A model generated the notes under the pieces. The model was not told the DNA's origin, did no database searches, and worked only from the letters and a program-made list of their open reading frames with translations. Positions 9,362 to 18,329 of a DNA stretch of 48,617 bases are shown piece by piece. How positions within the stretch are numbered: the first letter of the stretch is position 1; every line of letters starts with the position of its first letter. Made by a program: the position numbers and the translations under genes. This DNA comes from an uncultured Holophagaceae bacterium (GTDB lineage: Bacteria > Acidobacteriota > Holophagae > Holophagales > Holophagaceae): positions 1 through 48,617 of the forward strand of contig CAIRQL010000098.1 in NCBI GenBank assembly GCA_903880675.1, read 5' to 3'.

Positions 9362-9873
9362 CCCAGCCCATGGAGGCGGTAGAGCTCTGGGTAGCTGCGG
9401 GGCTCGGCCAGGTCCTCCGACAGTCCCAGGCCGATCCGCACCTCGGCGATGGCTGCCGGCGTCCCCTCCAACTCCAGGTAGCAGCCGAAGGGCGTCTCGT
9501 CCAGGCAGGCCTCCAGGTCTTCCCGAACCCACTTGGCGCGGACCTTCTCCATGCGGAGGGTGGGCTGGTAGCCCAGGGCCGTCAGGATGGCCTCCAGGAC
9601 CGCGCCATCGGTCACGCCGGTCTCCAGCTCGGGCCGGATCTTGAGCAGGGGATCCGGCACCCGGGGGCCCTTCCAGGTGAGGCGGAAGGCGCCGGCGTAG
9701 CTCCGGGTGCGGAGGGCCGAGCCGGCGGCGCGGAGGGCGTCTTCGCGGTCCCAGAGCACGCTGTGTTCGGGCTGGGCGGGCGCGGCCTCCCGGAAGCCCA
9801 GGGCCGCCAGGAGGGGCGGAAAGGGGGCTGTAGCAGGGATGCGCAGCTTGAGCTCGGTTTCCAGGGGCGTCAT
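9358..9873 (-). CDS. CYTH-domain protein (class IV adenylate cyclase / triphosphatase family)
   Basis: ETELK (ExExK), LRTR, LTWKGP, ELET, EKVR, YLELEG, SYPEL. Confidence 0.88.
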   Translation of the reverse strand: MTPLETELKLRIPATAPFPPLLAALGFREAAPAQPEHSVLWDREDALRAAGSALRTRSYAGAFRLTWKGPRVPDPLLKIRPELETGVTDGAVLEAILTALGYQPTLRMEKVRAKWVREDLEACLDETPFGCYLELEGTPAAIAEVRIGLGLSEDLAEPRSYPELYRLHGLG

Positions 9874-9931
9874 CGGAGGCGGTCTCCCGGCGGGGATGGG
9901 TCATGATGGGAAGTGAATCCCCGGGTACCCC

Positions 9932-11236
9932 GTGATCCCCCAACGGTACATCATCGCCAGCCTCTTCATCGCCGCCATGCTGCTGCTCTTCGCGGTGGTG
10001 CAGGCGCCGCGTCCGGTGAGCGAGGGCGGGGTGGGGAACGCCGCCGCTCCGGCCATCATGTCCCTGGGTGGCTACGAGTCCGTGGCCGAGTACCGCCTCC
10101 AGGAGGGCTGGTCCCCCCGCTTCCAGTCCACGAAGGACCCGGACCAGCCGGACCCCTGGCCCTTCGAGGGCGGGTTCGGCACACCCTGGGAGCCGGCCTC
10201 CCCCTACCTGGCGGACCAGGGCCTGGCCCTGAATGGCCCCAAAGGCCGCAGTGAGGTGATCCTGTGGCGGGGCCTGGAGTGGCGCCACTACCGCTTCGAC
10301 GCCCTGCTCTCTTCCGCCCGCCTGGATCCAGCCAAGGGCAACCGCCTGCTGGTGACCCTGCAGATGGGGCCGGCACGCTTCGAGACCCGCCTGCTGGAGC
10401 TGCCGGAGGGCCGGGTGCTCTGGGCCGTCCAGTCGGGCCCCTGGAGCCGCTTCAGCTGGGACGGGAAGGCCGCGCTCGTGGGCTTCTTTGAAGGCCCGGA
10501 GGGCCGGGCCGAGTCCCGCCTCCTCCTCAGCGCCCTGCCCCTGGACGGAGATCCCGGGGACGCCACCCTCGCAGCCTGGGATGAGCCGGGCCTGCCCCAG
10601 CCATCGCGGGGCACTGCCACCAAACCCGAGGCCCTGTCCGAGGACGGGCAGGACCTTCCGGGGGCCCGCCTGCAGATCCCCTGGCACCCCGGGGACCGCT
10701 TCTGGTTCCCCCGCCGGGATCGCCTCTGGGTGGCGGCCCCCCAGGGCTGGACTGCCTGGGTCCTCGAAGCGGGCCACTGGCGCCGCGAGGCCGCCGGCCC
10801 GGGCCATCTCTCGGCGCACCCGCCCCAGGGCATGGCTCTCCAGGAAGGCCCCGCCGGGGAGGACGCCGTCCGGAAGATCGCCCCCTTTGCCCGGGTCGAG
10901 TGGACGCCTGTGACCGGGGACCTGCCCCCCTGGCCCACCCCGGACCCCGCCTGGGCCTGGCGGGAGGGGGGTGCCTTCGATCCCTGGGACCGGCGCTGGA
11001 ACGAGACGGCCCTGCCCCCCGAGCGTCAGCGGAAGGCCCTCTTCGAGGCGTTCCGCCCGGAGTGGCGAGCGGCCCTGGGCCTGCGGGTCTCTGTGAAGGG
11101 CTGGCTGCCCAAGGGACCGGAGATCGCCCTCCGGGAGCCCCAGGGGGTGGCCTGGGTCTGGGTGGGGGACCGTTTGCTGCTGACCCGCCTGGTGGAAGTG
11201 GAGCGGGTTCGGACCCTGCGTCGGTTGCTCCGCTGA
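9932..11236 (+). CDS. Hypothetical exported or membrane-anchored Trp/Pro-rich protein
   Basis: 434-aa ORF with genome-typical codon use and N-terminal hydrophobic helix; no recognised family. Confidence 0.7.
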   Translation: MIPQRYIIASLFIAAMLLLFAVVQAPRPVSEGGVGNAAAPAIMSLGGYESVAEYRLQEGWSPRFQSTKDPDQPDPWPFEGGFGTPWEPASPYLADQGLALNGPKGRSEVILWRGLEWRHYRFDALLSSARLDPAKGNRLLVTLQMGPARFETRLLELPEGRVLWAVQSGPWSRFSWDGKAALVGFFEGPEGRAESRLLLSALPLDGDPGDATLAAWDEPGLPQPSRGTATKPEALSEDGQDLPGARLQIPWHPGDRFWFPRRDRLWVAAPQGWTAWVLEAGHWRREAAGPGHLSAHPPQGMALQEGPAGEDAVRKIAPFARVEWTPVTGDLPPWPTPDPAWAWREGGAFDPWDRRWNETALPPERQRKALFEAFRPEWRAALGLRVSVKGWLPKGPEIALREPQGVAWVWVGDRLLLTRLVEVERVRTLRRLLR

Positions 11237-11316
11237 TGGTTTCCTCAGGGCGTGGACATTTCTGGTAGCGTGGTCCCCAGCCACTCTTTCTTCCTTCCCG
11301 CCCCTTGAGGTCCACG

Positions 11317-12573
11317 ATGCCGCGCCTGCTCCTGGTGGACGACAACCCCAGCATCCACCGCATCGCCGAGTCCCTGCTGGCGAACACCGAGGTGGTGCTG
11401 GTCTGCGCAAGCTCAGCTCCCGAGGCCCTGGACCTGCTTAGTCGCGGCGAGCGGTTCGATGTGGCGCTGGTGGACACCTCCATGCCGGGGATGGATGGTT
11501 GGGGTTTGCTGGAGCGTCTGCGGGCCCTGCCGGAGACCGCCCGCATGCCCATCGCCCTCATGGCCGGCGTGCTGGATCCCATCGATCCCGCTCGGCTGGG
11601 ACGGTCCTCGATCCAGGGCTTTCTGAAGAAGCCCATCGAGCTGCGGGAGCTGGCCGAGCGGGTGCTGGCCCTGGCCGCCACCCCCGTGGCCGAACCGGCG
11701 CCACCAGCCGAGGTGCCTGCTGCTCCCGCCCCAGAAGAAGCGGCAGCCCCGACAGCGGAAGTCCCCGATGCTGAGGGCGACCTGTTGGTGTTGGTGGAAG
11801 AGGACCTGTGGCCTGAAGAGGCTGCGGACCTTCCCGAGGCCGCCCCCGAGGTGGTCCTGGACCTGGAAGAGCTGGACCTGGACACCCTGGAAGGGGACTT
11901 GGCAGAAGCTGCGCCCATCACCCTGGTCGCCGAGCCCGAGGAGCCCGTCGCCGACCTGGATGACCTGGACCTGGAGACCCTGGCAGAGGATCTGGCGCCA
12001 CCTGCGCCCATCGCCTTGGCCGCCGAGCCCGAGGAGCCCATCGCCGACCTGGAAGACCTGGATCTGGAGGTGCTGGCAGGGGATCTGGCGGCGCCCGCGC
12101 CGGTCGCCTTGGCGGTGGAGCCCGAGCCTGAGGAGCCCGTCGCCGACCTGGAGGACTTTGACCTGGAGGTTCTGGATGGGGACCTGGCGGAGGCTGCTCC
12201 GGTTGTCCTGACGGTGGAGCCCGAGGAGCCCGTCGCCGACCTGGAGGACTTTGACCTGGAGTCCCTGGCAGGGGACCTGGCGGCGCTCGCTCCGGTCGTG
12301 CCGGCGGCTGAGGTCCAGGCCGAGCCTGCCGAAGCCGAAGTGCCCGCCCCAGCCGAAGTCGAACCGGCTGCCGCCCTGGGTCAGGCGCCTGCCGCCCAGG
12401 GTCAGGCCCCCGCCACTGACGCAGCGGCTCGAGCCCTGGTCCAGGCTGTCCTGGCCGATCCGGAGCTGTTGGAGGCCCTGGCCCGGGCCGTGGTGGCCCG
12501 TCTCGGCGATGCTGCCCTCCGGGAGATCGCCTGGGAGATCATGCCGGACTTGGCTGGAAGATTGCAGAAGTAG
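11317..12573 (+). CDS. Response regulator, RomR-like (receiver + acidic repeat linker + conserved C-terminal helix)
   Basis: Receiver motifs LLVDDN, LVDTSMP (phospho-Asp), FLKKP; Glu/Asp/Pro/Ala linker; C-terminal LREIAWEIMPDLA resembles RomR-C (IAWEVVPQLA) from memory. ATG 11317 preferred over TTG 11305. Confidence 0.8.
   Translation: MPRLLLVDDNPSIHRIAESLLANTEVVLVCASSAPEALDLLSRGERFDVALVDTSMPGMDGWGLLERLRALPETARMPIALMAGVLDPIDPARLGRSSIQGFLKKPIELRELAERVLALAATPVAEPAPPAEVPAAPAPEEAAAPTAEVPDAEGDLLVLVEEDLWPEEAADLPEAAPEVVLDLEELDLDTLEGDLAEAAPITLVAEPEEPVADLDDLDLETLAEDLAPPAPIALAAEPEEPIADLEDLDLEVLAGDLAAPAPVALAVEPEPEEPVADLEDFDLEVLDGDLAEAAPVVLTVEPEEPVADLEDFDLESLAGDLAALAPVVPAAEVQAEPAEAEVPAPAEVEPAAALGQAPAAQGQAPATDAAARALVQAVLADPELLEALARAVVARLGDAALREIAWEIMPDLAGRLQK
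11845..12300 (+). repeat. Intragenic tandem repeat, about 5 copies of a 93-nt (31-aa) unit
   Basis: gccgacctgga recurs at 11950, 12043, 12142 and 12235 (spacing 93, 99, 93 nt); unit approximately EPEEPVADLEDLDLExLAGDLAxxAPIxLxV; boundaries approximate. Confidence 0.9.
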
Positions 12574-12615
12574 GAGAATGTTTCCCATTTCCCTCCTTCC
12601 TCTCGGCTGCCCGCC

Positions 12616-13260
12616 ATGATCACCGGCTACAACACCGACGTCCGTCACGGGAGCCGCACGTTCCATGTCCAGACCGAGGACAAGGGACTGGCCAACCCGA
12701 AGATCGAAACCCTGATCTATGTGGGTGGGGAGATCCTCGACAGCTACCGCTCGTCCTACGAGGACCTGCAGGCGGCTTCCACGCTGATTGAGCCGGCCGT
12801 GCAGACGCGCATGGACGAGCAGCACCGGGCGGTGATCCGGGACATCAAGAACGGCAAGTACGACGTGACCCCCTCGGACACCCTGGAGCCCACGGCCTTC
12901 AACAACCGTCCCCTGGACCAGGCCATCCTCGACTTCCTGCTCCTGGAGGGGGATGTGGACACCCTGGAGCTGGTGCTGGACCGGCCCCTGGCGCCGGCCT
13001 TCGGGCGGCCCTTCCGGGTGCAGATTCAGGCCCGGCTCTGCCACACCTGGAACCCGGTCCCCGATGCCGAGATCGCCGTGAAGCTGGTCTCCAGCCTGAG
13101 GAAGGCCACGGGCCTGCTCACCGGCCGCACCGATCCCGCTGGCCGCTTCGTGGGCGAGGTCGAGCTTCCCCCCAGCCAGCCGGGTCAGTGTGCGGTGGTG
13201 GTCACCTGCACCAGCGACCGGGGCTTCGATGAACTGAAAGCCCTGGTGACTTCCAACTGA
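12616..13260 (+). CDS. Conserved hypothetical protein, RomY-like N-terminal domain plus C-terminal beta-rich (Ig-like) domain
   Basis: MITGYNTDVRH…FHVQTEDKG…GGEIL…MDEQHRAVIRDIKNG and an LDQAILDFL motif; RomY resemblance is from recall only. Confidence 0.7.
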   Translation: MITGYNTDVRHGSRTFHVQTEDKGLANPKIETLIYVGGEILDSYRSSYEDLQAASTLIEPAVQTRMDEQHRAVIRDIKNGKYDVTPSDTLEPTAFNNRPLDQAILDFLLLEGDVDTLELVLDRPLAPAFGRPFRVQIQARLCHTWNPVPDAEIAVKLVSSLRKATGLLTGRTDPAGRFVGEVELPPSQPGQCAVVVTCTSDRGFDELKALVTSN

Positions 13261-13268
13261 AATCAGAT

Positions 13269-13288
13269 GTCTAGATTTTTATCTAGAC
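13269..13288. promoter_or_regulatory. Perfect 8-bp inverted repeat GTCTAGAT-tttt-ATCTAGAC in an AT-rich island; candidate operator
   Basis: Read directly from sequence; lies about 100 nt upstream of the CarH-like gene and just before TAGAAT (13300-13305). Confidence 0.5.
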
Positions 13289-13391
13289 GCTGATATACGT
13301 AGAATTAATTACCAAGTTTTGCTTTGAAAAAACCTCCCATTCACCTCCAGGTGCGTCCATATTGTCCCCACGCTTCCAGGTTGGAGGGACC

Positions 13392-14243
13392 ATGGCGAAG
13401 GACGACGGGACGGGGCTGCTGAGCATCGGGGACATCTCCGCAGTGACCGGATTGTCTGTGGATGTGATCCGGATCTGGGAGCGCCGCTACGGCTTTCCCT
13501 CACCCATCCGGCTACCCTCCGGGCATCGGCGCTACCCCGAGGTTGACCTCCAGCGCCTGCGGCTCGTCGCCGAGGCCTTGGCCCACGGGCAGCGTCCGGC
13601 CCTGGTGGCCCGGGCGGACGCCGACGCCCTCCGGCGCATGATCCTGCCCATGGGGGGCACCCGACTGGAGGCCCTCTGGCACGCCGTGGAGGGGATGGAT
13701 CCCGACCGCATGCGCACCCTCCTGCAGGGCTACCTCGAAGGAATGGGGTGGCAGCCCTTCCTGCAGGAGATCGTAAAGCCCCTGCTGGACCGGGTTGGCA
13801 TTGCCTGGGCTGACGGGGAGATCGGCCTGCACCACGAGCACCTGCTCACCGAGGTGCTGGAGGACCTCCTGCGGCGCATGCGCCAGATCCTGCCCCTGCT
13901 GGCGGGGGAGGGGCGAGTGCTGCTGTGCACGCTGCCCGGCGAGCGCCATCGCCTCGGCTTGCTCATGGCGGCCCTAATCTTTGCCGGCCGGGGCGCCCGC
14001 ACCGACCTCATGGGCGTGGACCTGCCCATCGCCAGCATCGCCCAGGCAGCCAAGCTCCTGCGGGTGAACCGGGTGGCCATCAGCCTCTCCATCCAGCACA
14101 CGGGGGAGCCCGTGCGGCGCATGATCGTGGAGCTCAAGGACCGTCTTTCGCCCGACTGCCTGTTGCTCATCGGGGGCAAGGGCGCCGCCCGCACCCGGCG
14201 CGTCCGGGGGGTGGGCCGGATGCCGGAACTGGACATGACCTGA
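13392..14243 (+). CDS. MerR-family cobalamin-binding regulator, CarH/LitR type
   Basis: MerR HTH (IRIWERRYG…SGHRRY), W-x9-EH (WADGEIGLHHEH), ExHxxG (ERHRLG), SLS and IGG Rossmann B12 motifs; GGAGG RBS before ATG 13392. Confidence 0.88.
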   Translation: MAKDDGTGLLSIGDISAVTGLSVDVIRIWERRYGFPSPIRLPSGHRRYPEVDLQRLRLVAEALAHGQRPALVARADADALRRMILPMGGTRLEALWHAVEGMDPDRMRTLLQGYLEGMGWQPFLQEIVKPLLDRVGIAWADGEIGLHHEHLLTEVLEDLLRRMRQILPLLAGEGRVLLCTLPGERHRLGLLMAALIFAGRGARTDLMGVDLPIASIAQAAKLLRVNRVAISLSIQHTGEPVRRMIVELKDRLSPDCLLLIGGKGAARTRRVRGVGRMPELDMT

Positions 14244-14248
14244 ACGGG

Positions 14249-15154
14249 TCAGTCGGCGGGCTCGTGGTGCTCCCACTGCTTCTGGAGGCGGTGCAGCAGG
14301 AGCCGAAGCTCCAGCAGCAGGGGGCGGGCCGCCAGGAAGCACAGGAAGCCGGCCAGGGGCACCGTCACCTTGAAGCCGATGTGCTTGAAGCCCAGGGCAC
14401 CCACCACCCCGCCCCCCAGGAACGAGGCCAGGATGAGGAGCAGGAGGGACAGCTTCTGCCGGTCTGCCACGATGCGGGCGCGCCCGTGCCGTTGGTGCAC
14501 ATTCACGTAGGTTAGGCGGCTCAGCTCGATGCCGATGTCGGTGACGGTGCCCGTGAGGTGGGTGGTTCGCACCGCAGCGCCGGAGATGATGGAGGTCACG
14601 GCGTTGTGCATGCCCATGATGAAGCAGAGCAGCATCACGGTGGTGGGCAGGGTGAAGCGCAGCTCCTGCTGCAGGCGGCTCCCCATGAAGCCGAAGACGA
14701 GCATGAGGCCCGCCTCCAGGACCAGGGCCAGGGCGTAGCGGCTGCGCATCCGGTGGCGCTGGCCGAAGCTGATGAGGGTGGTGCACAGGAAGGCCCCGGC
14801 CAGGAACGAGACCATCATGGCCAGCGCTGCCAGGGCCGTGACCAGGTCGCCGGCGGCCAGCTCATCGGCCATGGAGGAGACCACCCCCGTCATGTGGGAG
14901 GTGTAGTGGCTCACCGCCAGGAAGCCCCCGGCGTTCACGGCCCCCGCCACAAAGGCCATGGCCCAGGCCAGCTGGCGGTTCAGGCCGCCGGAGCGCAGGG
15001 CCCCCTCTCGCACCAGGAGCTTCTCCTGGATCGGCAGGGTGGCCAGGGCGGACTCGATGGCCGACTGCAACTGGGGGCCGTCCAGGCGGTTCCTCAGCAG
15101 CCGCCGGAGGTACCGGGCGACAATCAGCTGGATGGCGCGGGGAATGCGGCGCAT
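14249..15154 (-). CDS. YoaK/DUF1275 family membrane protein
   Basis: AGAVNAGGFL, YTSHMTG, MGMHNA, RTTHLTGTVTDIG. Confidence 0.88.
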   Translation of the reverse strand: MRRIPRAIQLIVARYLRRLLRNRLDGPQLQSAIESALATLPIQEKLLVREGALRSGGLNRQLAWAMAFVAGAVNAGGFLAVSHYTSHMTGVVSSMADELAAGDLVTALAALAMMVSFLAGAFLCTTLISFGQRHRMRSRYALALVLEAGLMLVFGFMGSRLQQELRFTLPTTVMLLCFIMGMHNAVTSIISGAAVRTTHLTGTVTDIGIELSRLTYVNVHQRHGRARIVADRQKLSLLLLILASFLGGGVVGALGFKHIGFKVTVPLAGFLCFLAARPLLLELRLLLHRLQKQWEHHEPAD

Positions 15155-15222
15155 GGGGCCCGGTCCTGGAGTAGGGTTCCAGAGGCTGCTGCCTCGGGGA
15201 CCTCACCCTGTAGACTAACCCC

Positions 15223-16230
15223 ATGCGCAGGATCATCCTCCTCCACACCGGCGGTACCCTCGGCATGGCGCCCAGCGGCGAGCCTGCCTCCCTGGCCCCG
15301 GGGCAGTTCCTCGAGCACCTGCTGGAGCAGGTCCCCGAGCTGGGGCAGCTGGCGCAGCTGTCGGTGGAGGTCCCTTTCAACCAGGACTCCGCCTGCCTCG
15401 AGGCCGAGCACATCCAGATCCTGGCCCAGCGGATCCGGGACACCAGCCAGGACTTCGACGGGTTCGTCATCATCCACGGCACCGACACCATGGCCTTCTC
15501 GGCGTCCGTGCTGGGCTTCCTGCTGGCGGACCTGGGCAAGCCCGTGGTGCTCACGGGCAGCCAGCGGCCCCTGGCCTTCGTGCGCAGCGATGCCCGCAGC
15601 AATGTGGTCAACGCGGTGGACCTGGCCTGCCGTGCCATCCCCGAGGTGGGCGTCTGCTTCGGCACCCACTGGCTGCGGGGTGTGGCCACGGACAAGCTGA
15701 GCGTGGGCCTCTTCGAGGCCTTCCAGAGCCCCAACCTGGCCCCCCTGGCGGAGATCGGCGCGGAGATTCGCCTGAGCCCCCAGGCTGGGACCTTCGAGCG
15801 GCGGGTGCCGGCGGGCCTCGGGGCGGTCCTGGAGACGGCCATCCACACGGTCACGCCCCACCCCGGCATGCCCTGGAGCCTCACCCCCCCAGGGGCCCGG
15901 GCGGTGCTCATTCAGGCCTTCGGCGCCGGCAACCTGCCCATGGGACGGCCCGACCTCCAGGCTTTCCTGGCGGACTGTGCCCAGCGCCGCCTGCCGGTGG
16001 TGGTGATCTCCCAGTGCCCCCACGGCGGGGTGGACCTCTCGGCCTACGAGCTGGGCCGCCAGGTGGAGGCCATGGGCGCCCTGTCCGGCGGCCTGCACAC
16101 CCGCTGGGCCGCCCTGGCCAAGCTGGGCCTGGTACTGGGTGCCGGCGGTGGCCTCGACGAAGTGCGAGCGGCGTTCAGCGTGTCCTGGGCCGGCGAGCCC
16201 ATGCCATCCGGAGCGTGGCCGCAGGTCTAG
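15223..16230 (+). CDS. ansA: L-asparaginase type I (cytoplasmic)
   Basis: HTGGTLGM and IHGTDTMA active-site motifs, VVLTGSQRP, FGAGN; no signal peptide. Confidence 0.9.
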   Translation: MRRIILLHTGGTLGMAPSGEPASLAPGQFLEHLLEQVPELGQLAQLSVEVPFNQDSACLEAEHIQILAQRIRDTSQDFDGFVIIHGTDTMAFSASVLGFLLADLGKPVVLTGSQRPLAFVRSDARSNVVNAVDLACRAIPEVGVCFGTHWLRGVATDKLSVGLFEAFQSPNLAPLAEIGAEIRLSPQAGTFERRVPAGLGAVLETAIHTVTPHPGMPWSLTPPGARAVLIQAFGAGNLPMGRPDLQAFLADCAQRRLPVVVISQCPHGGVDLSAYELGRQVEAMGALSGGLHTRWAALAKLGLVLGAGGGLDEVRAAFSVSWAGEPMPSGAWPQV

Positions 16231-16245
16231 GCCCTGAGTTCACCT

Positions 16246-16274
16246 CTCCGGGTCTGCCGCAGGCAGACCCGGAG
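16246..16274. other. Perfect 13-bp GC hairpin between ansA and serS
   Basis: CTCCGGGTCTGCC-gca-GGCAGACCCGGAG; no U-tract on either side, so not a classical intrinsic terminator. Confidence 0.6.
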
Positions 16275-16305
16275 CCGGTAGAATGGAGGTTTCCGGGACC
16301 TCGCG

Positions 16306-17571
16306 ATGCTTGATGCCAACCTCCTCCGCACCGACCTCGACGCCGTGGCGGCGAGGCTCTCTGAGCGCGGCTACACGCTGGACCGGGCCCTCTACCAGGA
16401 CCTCGACCGCCGCCGCCGGGCAGCCCTCCAGGAGGCCGAAGCCCTGAAGGCCGAGCGCAACCGCGTGAGCGATGAAGTGGGCCGCCTGAAGCGGGCCAAG
16501 GAGAACGCGGACGCCCTCATCGCCCAGCAGCGGGAGGTGGGCGAGCAAATGAAGGCCCTGGAAGCGACAGAGCGGGAGATCGAGGCCAGCTTCCGGGACT
16601 TCCTGGCGGGCATCCCGAACCCACCCCATGCCAGCGTCCCCGCTGGCCGGGACGAGCACGCCAATGTGGAAATCAAGCGCTGGGGCCAGGTGCCGGACAT
16701 TGCGGCCCCCCGGGACCACGTGGACCTGGGCACGGCCCTGGGCATCCTGGACCTGGACCGCGCCGCCAAGCTCAGCGGGGCGCGCTTCGCCGTCCTCAAG
16801 GGCCTGGGCGCCCGTCTGGAACGCGCCCTCATCACCTTCATGCTCGACCGCCAGACCGCCGCTGGGTACACGGAGATCCTCCCGCCCTATCTGGTGAACG
16901 CCGAGAGCATGTACGGCACGGGTCAGCTGCCCAAGTTCGAGCAGGACCTGTTCAAGGTGGCCCACGGCGAAGGCGCCCTCTACCTCATCCCCACGGCGGA
17001 GGTGCCCGTCACCAACCTCTACCGCGCCGAGATCCTGCCTGCCGAGAGCCTGCCCCTGCGCCACTGCGCCTTCACCCCCTGCTTCCGCAGCGAGGCCGGC
17101 AGCTACGGGCGGGACACCAAGGGCATCATCCGCCAGCACCAGTTCCACAAGGTGGAGCTGGTCACCTTCGCCACAGCCGAGGCAGCTGAGGCTGAGCTGG
17201 AGCGACTCACTGCGGACGCGGAGGCCATCCTGGAGGCCCTGGGCCTGCCCTACCGCCGGGTGCTCCTCTGCACCGGGGACATGGGCTTCAGCAGCCAGAA
17301 GACCTACGACCTGGAGGTCTGGCTGCCCTCCCAGAACACCTACCGCGAGATCAGCTCCTGCAGCTGGTTCGGCGACTTCCAGGCCCGGCGCGCCAACATC
17401 CGCACCCGGAGCAAGGAGGGCAAGCCAGTCTTCGCCCACACCCTCAACGGCAGCGGCCTCGCCGTGGGCCGCACCTGGGTGGCCGTGCTGGAGAACTATC
17501 AGCAGCCCGATGGCAGCATCCGGGTCCCCGAGGTCCTGCAGCCCTTCCTGGGCACCGAGGTGATCCGCTGA
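16306..17571 (+). CDS. serS: Serine--tRNA ligase
   Basis: N-terminal coiled coil, [53 protein letters not shown]. Confidence 0.98.
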   Translation: MLDANLLRTDLDAVAARLSERGYTLDRALYQDLDRRRRAALQEAEALKAERNRVSDEVGRLKRAKENADALIAQQREVGEQMKALEATEREIEASFRDFLAGIPNPPHASVPAGRDEHANVEIKRWGQVPDIAAPRDHVDLGTALGILDLDRAAKLSGARFAVLKGLGARLERALITFMLDRQTAAGYTEILPPYLVNAESMYGTGQLPKFEQDLFKVAHGEGALYLIPTAEVPVTNLYRAEILPAESLPLRHCAFTPCFRSEAGSYGRDTKGIIRQHQFHKVELVTFATAEAAEAELERLTADAEAILEALGLPYRRVLLCTGDMGFSSQKTYDLEVWLPSQNTYREISSCSWFGDFQARRANIRTRSKEGKPVFAHTLNGSGLAVGRTWVAVLENYQQPDGSIRVPEVLQPFLGTEVIR

Positions 17572-18329
17572 CGAACCCCCCTCTGCTCCTCGTGGAAGGC
17601 CTCGGCCTCCAGAGGGCGGGGCGGTGGGACCTGCGGGGGGTGGGCTTCGCCTTGGCCCCCGGCGAGGCCTGGGCCGTGGCCGGAGCTAGCGGCGCCGGGA
17701 AGACCACCCTCCTGGAGCTGGTGCTGGGTCTGGTCACCCCCACGGAGGGCCGCATCCTGCTGGAGGGTGAGCCCTGGTCGCCCCTGTCGGAGCGGGACCG
17801 CCGCAGCCGCCGGCCGCTCGTCCAGGCGGTTCTCCAGGACGCCCGAGCCAGCCTGCCCCCCCATCGGACGGGCTGGGAGATCCTGGAGGAACCCCTGGTG
17901 GTATGGGGCCGCGGCACCCTGGCCAGCCGACGGGAAGCCGCCGTGCAGATGGCGGCCCGGGTGCACCTCCCAGAGGCCGCCCTGGCCGAGCGCCCAGAGG
18001 CCTGGTCCGGGGGGCTGGCCCAGCGCCTCTGCCTGGGCCGGGCCCTCATGCTGGCGCCGCGCCTGCTGGTGCTGGACGAGCCCTTCTCGGCCCTGGACGG
18101 GCCCCTGGCGGGCGCCCTGCGGGACCTGCTGGCAGGGGAGCAGGCCCGGGGCACGGCCCTGCTCCTGGCCACCCACGACCTGCCGGCGGCGGCGGACCTG
18201 TGCAGCCATCTGCTGGTGCTGGAGGAGGGTCAGTCGGTGGCCCAGGGGAGCTTCCAGGCCCTGGTTGCAGACGGGCCTCCGGCGGTGCGGCGTCTCTGGG
18301 AGGCCTCGCCCCGGCTGCCGCTGGCCTAA
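17568..18329 (+). CDS. ABC transporter ATP-binding protein (OppF/DppF-like), no cognate permease in the window
   Basis: Walker A GASGAGKT, degenerate signature WSGGLAQR, Walker B LVLDEP, THD; start uncertain (CTG 17568 overlapping the serS stop, or GTG 17592). Confidence 0.8.
   Translation: MTNPPLLLVEGLGLQRAGRWDLRGVGFALAPGEAWAVAGASGAGKTTLLELVLGLVTPTEGRILLEGEPWSPLSERDRRSRRPLVQAVLQDARASLPPHRTGWEILEEPLVVWGRGTLASRREAAVQMAARVHLPEAALAERPEAWSGGLAQRLCLGRALMLAPRLLVLDEPFSALDGPLAGALRDLLAGEQARGTALLLATHDLPAAADLCSHLLVLEEGQSVAQGSFQALVADGPPAVRRLWEASPRLPLA

Noticed and set aside
9362-11410. Upstream part of the 823-aa minus-strand ORF
   Set aside because: Shadow of the CYTH gene and the 9932-11236 gene; only 8939-9361 looks like a real protein.
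13261-13391. Possible cobalamin riboswitch before the CarH-like gene
   Set aside because: Short, AT-rich and no B12-box sequence recognisable.
16231-16305. Possible T-box leader for serS
   Set aside because: Only 75 nt and no T-box consensus.
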